A stretch of DNA of 64,000 nucleotides from contig JAJRZW010000016.1 in NCBI GenBank assembly GCA_024275015.1, forward strand, positions 76,275 through 140,274, given 5' to 3'. The position numbers and the translations under genes were made by a program. This document shows positions 1 to 9,933 of the stretch, one piece after another. This stretch comes from Deltaproteobacteria bacterium. GTDB taxonomy: Bacteria > Desulfobacterota > Desulfobulbia > Desulfobulbales > JAJRZW01. The notes beneath the pieces were generated by a model. It was not told the DNA's origin. It did no database searches and worked only from the letters and a program-made list of their open reading frames with translations. Every line of letters starts with the position of its first letter. Position 1 is the stretch's first letter.

Positions 1-708
1 CCCGTTGCCGGAGCCATAGACTTTTTCCTAAACGACCTATGCCCCCTTGTCGATACCGACAGACATCTATGCTTATCTTATATGCCAATGCCAATGAGAA
101 TGCGGGTGATGGATGTATCAATACTGATCGCCGCAGTCCTGGCCCGCTATGGCCGGATGGCAAAAACCAACGAATTCGCCCGGACTGCCCGGAGGCTGGC
201 CTCATATGTCATTGATCTTCAAACCGAATACGGCGCCTGGTTTTACACCGACCCACCGGGCGACTCCCCAATCGGCCACGACAACTACCACACCGGCTTC
301 ATCCTGGACGCGCTATGGCGTTACATGACAGCGTGTGAAGATTGGAGCGGAAAAATTAAATATGAAACCGGGCTGAATTTTTATGCTGAAAAACTGTTCA
401 ACCATAACGGTTCTCCCCGATGGATGAGCGACCGCGATTACCCCCACGATATCCACGGCGCGGCCCAGGGACTGCTTACCTTTTCCATGGCCCATAATCA
501 CGGATATGAAACCGCCGACCTCGCGACGCGTATATATGAATGGTCTGTTGACAGAATGTATGATAATCAGGGGCGTTTTTATTATCAGGAAAAAAATTTT
601 TTCAGAAAAAAGTTCACCCTGCTTCGCTGGTGCAATGCCTGGATGTTTAAAGGCATTTCCGCGTTTGCCGCGATCAGAAAACACACTAATGAAGGGGTGA
701 TGAGATGA
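1..708 (+). CDS. 5'-truncated (alpha/alpha)6-barrel-like protein of polysaccharide loci (AGE/GH76-like)
   Basis: Frame is open from base 1; motifs DNYHTGF, YPxDIH, GxFYYQ and RWCNAW are typical of this glycan-locus family. Confidence 0.6.
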   Translation, partial: PVAGAIDFFLNDLCPLVDTDRHLCLSYMPMPMRMRVMDVSILIAAVLARYGRMAKTNEFARTARRLASYVIDLQTEYGAWFYTDPPGDSPIGHDNYHTGFILDALWRYMTACEDWSGKIKYETGLNFYAEKLFNHNGSPRWMSDRDYPHDIHGAAQGLLTFSMAHNHGYETADLATRIYEWSVDRMYDNQGRFYYQEKNFFRKKFTLLRWCNAWMFKGISAFAAIRKHTNEGVMR

Positions 709-1523
709 ACGGTTCAGAACTGGCACACGACCCGGGACTCAGTCTCCTGGAAAGGCTGTATATCAAATTATTCGGGGTCCCCATAAACGGTCTGCGCATC
801 AGAATCAGACGCATCATGCCCGAATTAACCGGTGCCCCGAAAAAAATTCTCGATGCCGGCTGTGGCCGGGGAGTTTTCACATTCCTGCTGGCGCAAAAAT
901 TCCCCAATGCCACCATCATCGCGATAGATACCGACAATGAACAGTTAGAAATAAACAGGACAATCGCTGCCAGAGCAAGGCTGGAAAACATCAGTTTTGA
1001 ACGTCAGGACGTTGCCTCTCTATCCTTTCACAACGAATTCGACATGATTCTCTCGGTCGACAACATCGAACATATTGAAAACGACACCCTGGCACTGCAA
1101 TGTCTTGCCGCGGCCTTAAAAAAAGGCGGGAAACTGGTTCTTCATGTCCCCGCCTACCAACGGCGCTGGTTCTTTTTTAAATTCAGAACCAATTTTGACG
1201 TCCCGGGCCATTTCCGTCCCGGCTATAAACTTGACGATTTAAAACAAAAGGTAGCGCAAACGGGTTTAATTATAAAAAAATCCTGTTACACATATGGCAT
1301 GCTGGAAAACTTAAGCAACAACATCTCCTATCTTATAACCGGTGCCGAGGCCAAAAATAAAACAATATACGCGGTATTATTTCCCATACTTAACCTTATC
1401 GCCTGGATTGGCCAAAATAGTCATCCTAAAGAAGGCGCCGGGGATCTAATAATAGCTAAAAAAGAACAAGATTATATACCAAGTAACAATCAAAACATTA
1501 ATCACCCGTTGGAACTCTCATGA
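705..1523 (+). CDS. class I SAM-dependent methyltransferase
   Basis: ILDAGCGRG motif I; IEHIEND; ATGA overlap with upstream gene. Confidence 0.9.
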   Translation: MNGSELAHDPGLSLLERLYIKLFGVPINGLRIRIRRIMPELTGAPKKILDAGCGRGVFTFLLAQKFPNATIIAIDTDNEQLEINRTIAARARLENISFERQDVASLSFHNEFDMILSVDNIEHIENDTLALQCLAAALKKGGKLVLHVPAYQRRWFFFKFRTNFDVPGHFRPGYKLDDLKQKVAQTGLIIKKSCYTYGMLENLSNNISYLITGAEAKNKTIYAVLFPILNLIAWIGQNSHPKEGAGDLIIAKKEQDYIPSNNQNINHPLELS

Positions 1524-2266
1524 AAGACGACATAAGCGTAGTAAAGGAATTCTGGACAAACGATTTGAATGGGTTAAAATTTATACCAGCATTTCCGCAA
1601 AGTGCATCGGAATTCTGGCAGGCCTCAGAGATAAGGTACAAATATCATTATCACCTCCCACCTCTCTTTAACAGGGTGGCCCTGTCCTGTCCTGGAGCAA
1701 AACTGCTTGAGATAGGATGTGGCATGGGGGATGATTCTGCCCAATGGGCAAAAAGAGGAATGCAGGTCACGGCCCTTGATCTTACCCAGCCGGCGATTGA
1801 TTGTACCAGTTTACGGTTCGCAAAATGCGGCCTTGAAGGTGAGTTCGTTCTCGGCAATGGCGAGGACCTTGATTTCGCCGACAACACCTTTGATGTTGTT
1901 TATTCATTCGGGGTATTGCACCATAGCCCAGATACTGCCAAAGCCATTCAGGAGGCACATCGAGTCTTAAAACCTGACGGCCGGGCTATCATTATGCTGT
2001 ATCACCGCAGATCATTGAACTTTCTTGTCCACAGGATTCTTGACTACCCGTTTGACGGCAGCAAGGGAGAGCCATGTCCTGTCGAACACGCCTACACAAA
2101 AAAACAAGTATTGGAAATGTTTAGAGGATACCGACAAAAATCCGTTCAGGTTGAATACCTTTTCGGTATAGGTTATGGATGGCTCAACACCTTGACACCG
2201 ATTTGGCTAAACAGATTTCTCGGAAAACGCATCGGCTGGCATCTGATGATTGAAACAATCAAATAG
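1520..2266 (+). CDS. class I SAM-dependent methyltransferase
   Basis: LLEIGCGMG, FDVVYSFGVLHH, RVLKPDG. Confidence 0.9.
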   Translation: MKDDISVVKEFWTNDLNGLKFIPAFPQSASEFWQASEIRYKYHYHLPPLFNRVALSCPGAKLLEIGCGMGDDSAQWAKRGMQVTALDLTQPAIDCTSLRFAKCGLEGEFVLGNGEDLDFADNTFDVVYSFGVLHHSPDTAKAIQEAHRVLKPDGRAIIMLYHRRSLNFLVHRILDYPFDGSKGEPCPVEHAYTKKQVLEMFRGYRQKSVQVEYLFGIGYGWLNTLTPIWLNRFLGKRIGWHLMIETIK

Positions 2267-2311
2267 CGCAAAATCCTTCTGATAATAAAAAACGCCGATT
2301 ATCAATTCAGA

Positions 2312-3805
2312 ATGCCCCTTAAATCCATGACAAAAAACAAAATCGTTCTCGCCAGTCCAGCGCCACAGAAATTACAGTTTGGTCCAATTGCCCATTTACC
2401 ACTGGCACTACTGTCCCTGGCCGCCTGGTTATCCGAGCATGGCGTTCCCGAAGATTACATCCGGATTGTTGACGGACAGATTTCCCCCCCAGCCAAAGAT
2501 GATTTTGCCGACGCCACTATTGTCGGGATAACCGCAATGACTGGTTTCCAGATAAAGTATGGCCTTGAAATCGCCGCCCTTGCCAGATCGGCCAACCCGG
2601 AGGCCTTGATTGTCTGGGGGGGAGTGCACCCATCACTGCTGCCGGAACAGACCATAATGAATCCGCTGGTTGACATTGTCGTTATCGGCGAGGGGGAACA
2701 TACATTTCTCGAGATAGTTGAAAACTTCTCCAAAGGAAAAAGCCTGGAGGGAATACCCGGAACCTGTTACAAAAATCAGGCTGGTGAAATCATAATGGGC
2801 GGCAATCGCAGATTTCTCGACCTGAACGATTTGCCTCTACCTCTATATAATCTGGTTGATATCAATAAATACAAAGGTATCCGCCACCAATTTGATTATC
2901 AGTCATCCAGGGGGTGTCCTTTTCGTTGCGGATTCTGCTACAACACCGTCTTCTGTGGCAGCCGATACCGAAAAAAATCGGCTGAAAAGGTATTAACTGA
3001 ACTGATATATCTTTATGACAATTATGAAGTCGTCGATTTTGGCTTTGTTGATGACGAATTTTTCATCGAGAAAAAAAGGGTAGAGGCTATCATGGACGGC
3101 ATTATTGAAAGCGGCAGGAAATTTAAAATCACCGCATCCTGTCGTCTCGACGTTGTCTGCGGATTCCCGGAACCACTGCTGAAAAAGATGAAAAAAGCCG
3201 GAGTATCACAAATTTTCTTCGGAGCCGAATCAGGCTCACCGGCAATGCTCAAGGCCATCCACAAAGACATCACCAAGACCCAGATAATCCAGGGGGCAAA
3301 AAAAGTCGCTGAAGCCGGGATAAGACCTATGCTCAGCTTCATGAGCGGCTTCCCGGGGGAAACCATGGACGATCTAAGGATGACCCTGGACACCATTCGG
3401 GAACTATGGGATACCAACCCTCTGATCACGGTCAATGGCATATTTCCATTTAACGCATATCCCGGAACCAAACTCTATCAGGAATCAATTTCTCTTGGCT
3501 TGAAGCCGCCATCTTCATTGAAAGAATGGAGCAATTGGTCCTTCCAATATGAACCGGACAACCCCTGGCTGAATAAAACCCAAAAAAGGTGGATGCAAAT
3601 AGCCTTTTATATGGTTCGTTTCAAATATTATATCGCCCGCTACGAAGACCGTTATAAAGATCATATAGGTCAGAAACTGCTAAAAACAGCAGCCTGGCCA
3701 TTAATATACTCCCTGAACCTGCGATTTAAAAAGAGATGGTTCAGGTTTGCCTTAGAGTGGCACATGTTCGCCTTTATAGCCAGAAAGACCTTCGGCTACC
3801 TCTAA
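2312..3805 (+). CDS. B12-binding radical SAM protein
   Basis: N-terminal B12-binding domain (VWGGVHPS); SSRGCPFRCGFC CxxxCxxC; GAESGS. Confidence 0.92.
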   Translation: MPLKSMTKNKIVLASPAPQKLQFGPIAHLPLALLSLAAWLSEHGVPEDYIRIVDGQISPPAKDDFADATIVGITAMTGFQIKYGLEIAALARSANPEALIVWGGVHPSLLPEQTIMNPLVDIVVIGEGEHTFLEIVENFSKGKSLEGIPGTCYKNQAGEIIMGGNRRFLDLNDLPLPLYNLVDINKYKGIRHQFDYQSSRGCPFRCGFCYNTVFCGSRYRKKSAEKVLTELIYLYDNYEVVDFGFVDDEFFIEKKRVEAIMDGIIESGRKFKITASCRLDVVCGFPEPLLKKMKKAGVSQIFFGAESGSPAMLKAIHKDITKTQIIQGAKKVAEAGIRPMLSFMSGFPGETMDDLRMTLDTIRELWDTNPLITVNGIFPFNAYPGTKLYQESISLGLKPPSSLKEWSNWSFQYEPDNPWLNKTQKRWMQIAFYMVRFKYYIARYEDRYKDHIGQKLLKTAAWPLIYSLNLRFKKRWFRFALEWHMFAFIARKTFGYL

Positions 3806-3854
3806 TGACGGTTCTTGGCTTGAGACAACCTCCCCCTCATCTAAACCAAACACC

Positions 3855-4796
3855 ATGAGCAATGAAACCCCACCCCAAAAGACAAGAAAACGGTGGGTAA
3901 AATACCTGCGTCTCTGCGTCGCGTCCTTACTGCTGATCTTTCTGCTGACCCCAATCGGCCTGAATGAATTACTTCTTGTCATAAGAAATATCCGGCTATT
4001 ACCGTTCATGGGAATAATGGTATGCGTTTTCGCCCTGATAACAATAGGAGCTTTCAATATATGGCTCCTGTTAAACACCCTGACACCAGTAGCCTACAGA
4101 AACCTGTTAAAGGTTTATTTTTACAGCTGGGCAATAAGCTTGATTACCCCTGGGCAGTCAGGAGATGCGACGATAATACTGCTGATGAAGGAACAAAAAA
4201 TCCCTTTTTCCCTGACCGGGGCGGCATATTTTATCGACAAGACCATAACCCTCTTTATATTCACAATCATCAGTGTTTATGGTTGTTCTTATCTGCTCCC
4301 GGACTATAAAATAAATTACCTGCACATTTTTCCGGTCATAGCTCTTGTTTCCCTTGTCTCTGCTGCTGTCTTATTTCTCTTGTTCACTAAATTAAAGATC
4401 ATCGACAGACTGCATAAATTCATTGGGAATTTGCAGAGAAACATGGTCATCATTAAAAACAATTACCATATAGTCCTGGCAAATACCCTTATGACACTTA
4501 TCAAATGGATTGTGGTCAGCTGGTCTTTTCGCCTGGCATTTCTCAGCTTTGGTGTAAACATTAAATGGCCGGACATCGGAGTTATACCTATAATGTCAAC
4601 ACTGATTGGCTATATACCAATATCAATCGCTGGGCTTGGAACCGTTGAACTAACTGCATCTTATTTATTCAAAATAAAAGGTATAGATACAAGTACAGTT
4701 ATTGTCGCTTACATTTTATTACGGCTAATAAACTATTTTTGTGCGTTCGGCGTTGTGACCTTTATGGATCCATTCAAGAATAGATGTCATGAGTAA
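3855..4796 (+). CDS. flippase-like protein (lysylphosphatidylglycerol synthase TM / UPF0104)
   Basis: Multi-TM; TPGQSGD and [11 protein letters not shown] motifs. Confidence 0.85.
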   Translation: MSNETPPQKTRKRWVKYLRLCVASLLLIFLLTPIGLNELLLVIRNIRLLPFMGIMVCVFALITIGAFNIWLLLNTLTPVAYRNLLKVYFYSWAISLITPGQSGDATIILLMKEQKIPFSLTGAAYFIDKTITLFIFTIISVYGCSYLLPDYKINYLHIFPVIALVSLVSAAVLFLLFTKLKIIDRLHKFIGNLQRNMVIIKNNYHIVLANTLMTLIKWIVVSWSFRLAFLSFGVNIKWPDIGVIPIMSTLIGYIPISIAGLGTVELTASYLFKIKGIDTSTVIVAYILLRLINYFCAFGVVTFMDPFKNRCHE

Positions 4797-5322
4797 ATCA
4801 AAAACACCTAACAAATTCTTCAAAAACCTTGGCGACTATACAGCCATACTTTTAATATCTTTCTTACCGCATTTATCTATCTTTAACAAAATAAAAGCGT
4901 CAGTCATGCGATCCCGTGGGGCACTGATCGGCAAGCGAACCAAATTATTAAGTGGAATATGGATAGATGACTTCAGTTTTCTCGAAATTAATGATGATGT
5001 ATCCATTGCCAAAGACGTAATATTGGTGGCAACAGGCGGTATAAAGATCGGTCACCGTAGCATGGTTGGATACGGGAGCAAAATACTATCCACTAATCAT
5101 ATAATTCCGCCTGGAAAAGAATCTCTTCGCTTTCCCGGTTTGGAGTATAAGAAAGTTACAATCGGAAACGATGTCTGGATAGGGGCCGGGGTCATTATTT
5201 TACCTGGTATTACCGTAGGGGACGGAGCAATTATTGGGGCTGGATCAGTAGTTACAAAATCGGTTAACCCGTACGCCATTGTAGCCGGCGTACCGGCAAA
5301 AACAATTAGAATGAGAAACTGA
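4789..5322 (+). CDS. hexapeptide-repeat sugar O-acyltransferase
   Basis: [40 protein letters not shown]. Confidence 0.92.
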   Translation: MSKSKTPNKFFKNLGDYTAILLISFLPHLSIFNKIKASVMRSRGALIGKRTKLLSGIWIDDFSFLEINDDVSIAKDVILVATGGIKIGHRSMVGYGSKILSTNHIIPPGKESLRFPGLEYKKVTIGNDVWIGAGVIILPGITVGDGAIIGAGSVVTKSVNPYAIVAGVPAKTIRMRN

Positions 5323-5417
5323 CAGACCATTGAAAAAGCCGCCCATGTTTTTTTTCAACTCCGGCAAAATCAGCGGCGCGTCCATACGCCGCTTACAGTC
5401 CGTTGAAAAACGGACTG
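5323..5417. mobile_element. MITE family A, short copy
   Basis: CAGACCATTGAAAAAGCC...CAGTCCGTTGAAAAACGGACTG; homologous to about 15 other intergenic copies. Confidence 0.85.
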
Positions 5418-5442
5418 TAAAATGTACCCCCGGTCATAAAAT

Positions 5443-6591
5443 TCACACTGCGTTAATCAAGATACCTTCAATTACCCTGGCACAATAAGGCTCTTCGATA
5501 CCCCATACTTTTGCCAGCCCGGCGGCGTTGGCGGCTATTTCGGGGATGGAGGATGCAGGTATGCCGACTTCTTTCAGTCTCACCGGAGCGCCGATCTTTT
5601 TGAGCCAGTCTTCAAGGGCGGTGATGCCCTCTTCCGCGGTTCTGCGGCCGAAAATCTTGCGGGCGAAGCGTTCGTGCTGTTCCCGGTTCCGCGGGGCATG
5701 CCATTTCATCCAGGCGGGGATCACCACTGCCAGGCCGGCTCCGTGAGGGATGTTATAGATGGCGCTCAAGGCATGTTCGATCATGTGGTTGGGAAATGCG
5801 TAAGGACCGACACCGGCAGGGGTCAGGCCATTCAGGGCCAGGGTGGCGGCCCACATGAAGGTCGCCCGGGCATCGTAGTCCTCCGGAGTTTCAAGTACGG
5901 TTTCAACGCTCTCCATTACCGTCAGAATAATCGACTCCACCAGACGGTCCTGGAGCCTTGTACCCGGCTCCTTGGTGAAATATGCCTCGATCACATGGGC
6001 AATGGCGTCAACCGCGCCGTATACGCTGTGGTCCGGCGGCACGGTGAAGGTCAACTCGGGATTGAGAATCGACAGCCGCGGGTACAGGTGATCTGATGAA
6101 ATACTGTACTTCTGCCTGGTATCAGTGTTGGTGATCACGGCGTTGCGGTTCATCTCGCTGCCGGTTGCAGCCAGGGTGAGGATGGTATAGACAGGCAAAG
6201 CCTTTTTGATTTCATCCCTGCCGATAAAAAAATCCCAGACCTCACCGTCATGGAATATACCTGCGGCGATGGTCTTGGCCTCGTCGATCACCGAGCCGCC
6301 CCCCACCGCCAGCACCGCCTCGACCTTATCCTTCCGGGCCCGGGCAATGCCGGTGACGACATGGGAAAGGACGGGGTTGGCGGCCACTCCGGAGTAATCG
6401 GTGAAATCGACCCCGCTTGCGACCAGGCTTGCCGTCACCCGATCGTAGAGACCGCTTCTTCCGACCGAACCCATGCCGGTGACCAGCAACACCCGGCCGA
6501 TGCCGTCAGCGGCCAGCAGACGGCCGATCTCCTTTTCTCGTCCACGGCCGAAAACTATCCTGACCGGATTATGAAATTCAAAATCAAACAT
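5443..6591 (-). CDS. iron-containing alcohol dehydrogenase (BdhA/YqhD-like)
   Basis: GGGSVID, ATGSE, HMIEHALSA, HGAGLA; start moved to MFDFEFHNP. Confidence 0.92.
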   Translation of the reverse strand: MFDFEFHNPVRIVFGRGREKEIGRLLAADGIGRVLLVTGMGSVGRSGLYDRVTASLVASGVDFTDYSGVAANPVLSHVVTGIARARKDKVEAVLAVGGGSVIDEAKTIAAGIFHDGEVWDFFIGRDEIKKALPVYTILTLAATGSEMNRNAVITNTDTRQKYSISSDHLYPRLSILNPELTFTVPPDHSVYGAVDAIAHVIEAYFTKEPGTRLQDRLVESIILTVMESVETVLETPEDYDARATFMWAATLALNGLTPAGVGPYAFPNHMIEHALSAIYNIPHGAGLAVVIPAWMKWHAPRNREQHERFARKIFGRRTAEEGITALEDWLKKIGAPVRLKEVGIPASSIPEIAANAAGLAKVWGIEEPYCARVIEGILINAV

Positions 6592-6698
6592 TTCCGTCCC
6601 GCCCAGCCGTCCCGCTCCCGACCCGTCAAAAATTATTACAAACAAAAACCGTAACCACTCACAGGGTGGGCAACTTACCTGAATATCAAGAAAAAACT

Positions 6699-6809
6699 GT
6701 AAGTGGTTACAGGGTGTGCCTGATGTGGACGAGCGGTAAGGCGCCATGTTACTGGTGCTACATAAGCCTTGCCGCTCGTACGCAGCAGGTGCGCCCTGTG
6801 ACCGCTTAC
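6699..6809. repeat. 111-bp imperfect palindromic element
   Basis: GTAAGTGGTTACAGGGTGTGCCTG...CAGGTGCGCCCTGTGACCGCTTAC, inner stem ACGAGCGGTAAGGC/GCCTTGCCGCTCGT; shorter relative at about 6649-6679. Confidence 0.75.
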
Positions 6810-6926
6810 CAAAAACCGACATAAAAAACTTGTCATACGACCATATTAGCAGTTAGACTCCTAAATTCAATATTACTCCTGCGCTATTGCTATCATACGA
6901 AAAAGATAAAAACCATGATTTTCATG

Positions 6927-6955
6927 TTGACAAGGTCTTCCTGAAAATTTAGATT
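6927..6955 (+). promoter_or_regulatory. sigma70 promoter of the beta-propeller operon
   Basis: TTGACA-17 bp-TAGATT. Confidence 0.75.
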
Positions 6956-6960
6956 AGACG

Positions 6961-7108
6961 TACCACGTTGTGGTAGTCTCCGGAAACGGGGATGCCTCCG
7001 GTTTCTTGGTTGCAAGAATAAAAGAGGCAGGAAGAGAGGCTTGGGGAAATACAGATTGTATCAAAACAAAACTGTTTTCCCTGTTTCCCGCCCTGAAACG
7101 GCGGGAGA
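6961..7108 (+). ncRNA. candidate structured 5' leader (cis-regulatory RNA)
   Basis: Five consecutive hairpins between promoter and RBS, including a GAAA tetraloop stem followed by GCCTCC. Confidence 0.45.
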
Positions 7109-7137
7109 AAAATCCAAACTGAAGAAGGGGTAAAAGT

Positions 7138-8178
7138 ATGAAGAAAAAACTGCTTGCGGTAGGAGCCGCTCTGGCGCTTGGTATTGCCGGGGCAACAGGG
7201 GCCAGCGCCCTTGACCTGAAAGGTATCGCCTATGTCCAGGGCCACGGTGGTCATATCGCCGTTATCGACCTGGCCACCGGCGCGGTTGGCCGTTTCTCGC
7301 ACGGTAAACCCTCCGACGCGGTCACCGTGTCAAAAGACGGCAACACCCTGTTCACCTTCTCCCTTGACGGCTATGCCAAACAAATCAATGTCAACACCGG
7401 CAAACAGACGGCCTGGACCCGTCTGGGCCAGAAACACTGCGGTTCAAACTACGCCCCTGACGGAACCATCTGGGTCTCCGACATGAAAGACGGCAAAATC
7501 TACGTGTACGACCCCAAAAAAAACAAGCTGGTTGACAGCTTCCCGGTCGCCAAATCCATCTGCGGCATCAACTTCTCCAAGGACGGCAAGTACTGCTATG
7601 TCTCCGACATGCCCGGCGGATTCATTTCCGTGGTCAACGTCAGGACCAAAAAAGTTGTGAGCAAGATCAACGGCGTTGGTAACTTCATTCACCGGGCCGC
7701 TATCACCCCGGACGGTAAATACCTGTGGCAGTCCGAGGGTAACGAGCTTGCCAACGGCAAACCGGTTGGTGTCGGATATACCTCCACCGGCGGCTCTCCC
7801 GGCGGCGTAAGCATCGTCGACGTCAAAACCGGCAAGGTCGTTGACTTCGTCCTCACCGGCGGCAACCCCCATGACGTTGACTTCACCCCGGATGGCAGAT
7901 ATGCCGTAGTTGCGGTTCGGCAGATGCCCGAACGCACCGACTCCGCCCTGATGATCGTCAACACCAAGACCAAAAGGATCGTCAAGATGTACTCTGCCTG
8001 TAAATCCTGTCACGGGGTTCAGGACGTTGAGATCGACGATGAAATTGACGGTGGTCGGCCCTTCCTCTGCGCCGTTCAGGTCGACTGGAATCGCACTTCA
8101 ATGCCCAAGGGTGTCGAGCTTGAGACCAAAGCCCAGTCCATCCCCACGGTCAGCCCGAAATGTGCTGACCTCAAGTAG
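7138..8178 (+). CDS. secreted YVTN/YncE beta-propeller with a C-terminal CxxCH
   Basis: Signal peptide (ASA cleavage); repeats FSKDGKY, ITPDGKY, FTPDGRY; CKSCH. Confidence 0.85.
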   Translation: MKKKLLAVGAALALGIAGATGASALDLKGIAYVQGHGGHIAVIDLATGAVGRFSHGKPSDAVTVSKDGNTLFTFSLDGYAKQINVNTGKQTAWTRLGQKHCGSNYAPDGTIWVSDMKDGKIYVYDPKKNKLVDSFPVAKSICGINFSKDGKYCYVSDMPGGFISVVNVRTKKVVSKINGVGNFIHRAAITPDGKYLWQSEGNELANGKPVGVGYTSTGGSPGGVSIVDVKTGKVVDFVLTGGNPHDVDFTPDGRYAVVAVRQMPERTDSALMIVNTKTKRIVKMYSACKSCHGVQDVEIDDEIDGGRPFLCAVQVDWNRTSMPKGVELETKAQSIPTVSPKCADLK

Positions 8179-8207
8179 ACCGGCATAAAACCTAAGCATT
8201 ATCCATC

Positions 8208-8247
8208 ACAGGGGAGAGGGCCACCGTTGCCCTCTCCCCTGTTTTTT
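8208..8247 (+). terminator. rho-independent terminator
   Basis: ACAGGGGAGAGGG/CCCTCTCCCCTGT stem followed by a T-run. Confidence 0.85.
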
Positions 8248-8382
8248 CGTCTGCCCGCCGTCTGCCGCGACAATTTGCCGCATCATGCCGGAGTGAAAAT
8301 TGCTGACAAGAACCACGACAATATGTCACATTAAAAACAATCTATTCTCTGAAAGACCTTCTCTTTTAATCGAAAAAGCCAA

Positions 8383-9588
8383 ATGAAATTAAAAATCCTC
8401 TCCCTGGCCTATTCCAATATGCGGCGCAAACTATTTCGCAGTATCGCCATTGCCCTGGCGGTAATGGTGGTCGCCGCCACCCTGTTTTCCGTCACCACGA
8501 TCATGGATTCGGTCGAACAGAGCCTCGAACGCGGGACATCCCGCCTCGGCGCCGACATCATGGTGGTACCGGCCAAGGCCGAAGAAACGGCCCGAACCGC
8601 ACTTCTGGCCGGCAAGCCCTCAACTTTTTACATGGACGCGAAAATCGTCGATCAGGTCAGAAAAATAAAGGGGGTTCGCTCCGTTGCGGCCCAGACCTTT
8701 TTAAAAACCTCGACATATTCCTGCTGCGACATCAGCAATATGCTTTTAATCGGCTTTGACCAGGCCAACGACTTCACCATCAAGCCCTGGCTCACCCAAA
8801 CACTTGGACGACCGCTGAAAAACGACGAAGTCATAATGGGGCGCAACATCACCGCCTATGCCACCGGCTTTCGCCTGAACTTCTTCAACACCCCCTTCAC
8901 CGTTGCCGGGATGCTGGAAGAAACCGGGATGGACTTCATCGACAACTCGATCTTCATCCCCTTCAGCGGTCTGGAAAGAATCCGGGCCAATACGGAAAAA
9001 GACGCGAAGACCAAGGGTGCCCTGCCCGCCGGCAAGGTCTCGACCATTCTGGTGCAGGTTGAGCCACAGTTTACCGCCGACCGGGTCGGCCTGTTCATTG
9101 AGGCCGATATCAACGGGGTAAAGGCCATTGTTACCGACAAAATCATCGCCTCGGTCCGCCGGCAGATGTTCATTCTCCTTCGGAGTGTTCTGTCGGTAAG
9201 CGTTATCCTCTGGATCATGGCCCTGATCCTCATCGGGGTGGTATTTTCAATGATCGTCAATGAACGCAAAAAGGAAATCGGCATCTTCCGGGCCATGGGG
9301 GCTAAAAAAAGTCACATATTCCACCTGGTGATGGCTGAGGCAACCATCCTCTCTCTTGTCGGCGGCGTCGTCGGCATCGCCACCGGCAGCAGTATCCTCA
9401 ACATCTTCCGCGACAGCATCAATGCCAGTCTCCACGTCCCCCACCTGTGGCCGAGCCCCGGCAGAATGCTGTTTCTCATCGCCTTCTGCCTCATCCTTGC
9501 GATTCTCACCGGGGTGATCGCCGCCCTTATCCCGGCAGTCAGGGCCTCACTTATTGAACCATATGAAGCCATCCGCGGCGGAGAATAA
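8383..9588 (+). CDS. MacB/LolE-type ABC permease with SCC motif
   Basis: RLGADIMVVP, YSCCD, NERKKEIGIFRAMGA (FtsX domain). Confidence 0.9.
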   Translation: MKLKILSLAYSNMRRKLFRSIAIALAVMVVAATLFSVTTIMDSVEQSLERGTSRLGADIMVVPAKAEETARTALLAGKPSTFYMDAKIVDQVRKIKGVRSVAAQTFLKTSTYSCCDISNMLLIGFDQANDFTIKPWLTQTLGRPLKNDEVIMGRNITAYATGFRLNFFNTPFTVAGMLEETGMDFIDNSIFIPFSGLERIRANTEKDAKTKGALPAGKVSTILVQVEPQFTADRVGLFIEADINGVKAIVTDKIIASVRRQMFILLRSVLSVSVILWIMALILIGVVFSMIVNERKKEIGIFRAMGAKKSHIFHLVMAEATILSLVGGVVGIATGSSILNIFRDSINASLHVPHLWPSPGRMLFLIAFCLILAILTGVIAALIPAVRASLIEPYEAIRGGE

Positions 9589-9801
9589 TTCCAGGAACAG
9601 CCCTGTTGCACGCATTAACATCCCGTTAAAAAACGGATTGTTATCGGCACCCGGCTTCCGGGCCAAACCCGGAACAACTTTGTAAGCTTTGCTAAATCAA
9701 GTCGTATATTCAACAAATTAAGGCAATCAGGAAAGTTGAACAAAAACTCACAAATATTACAGTCAAAAACGGGCTAACCTGTGGCACCTGGTGAACCATA
9801 G

Positions 9802-9894
9802 CAGGCCGTTGAAAAAGCCGTCCATGGTTTTTCAATTCCGGCAAAATCGGCGGGGTGTCCATGCGCCGCGCACAGCCCGTTTTTCAACGAGCTG
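9802..9894. mobile_element. MITE family A, short copy inside the ABC operon
   Basis: CAGGCCGTTGAAAAAGCC...TTTTTCAACGAGCTG; solo terminal hairpin also at about 9616-9643. Confidence 0.85.
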
Positions 9895-9933
9895 GTAGAT
9901 GGCCCTGTAAAAAGTACTTGACCAATATCGTCA

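Noticed and set aside
6649-6710. GTAACCAC/GTGGTTAC as transcription-factor operator of the ADH
   Set aside because: Better explained as ends of the 111-bp palindromic element, though not fully excluded
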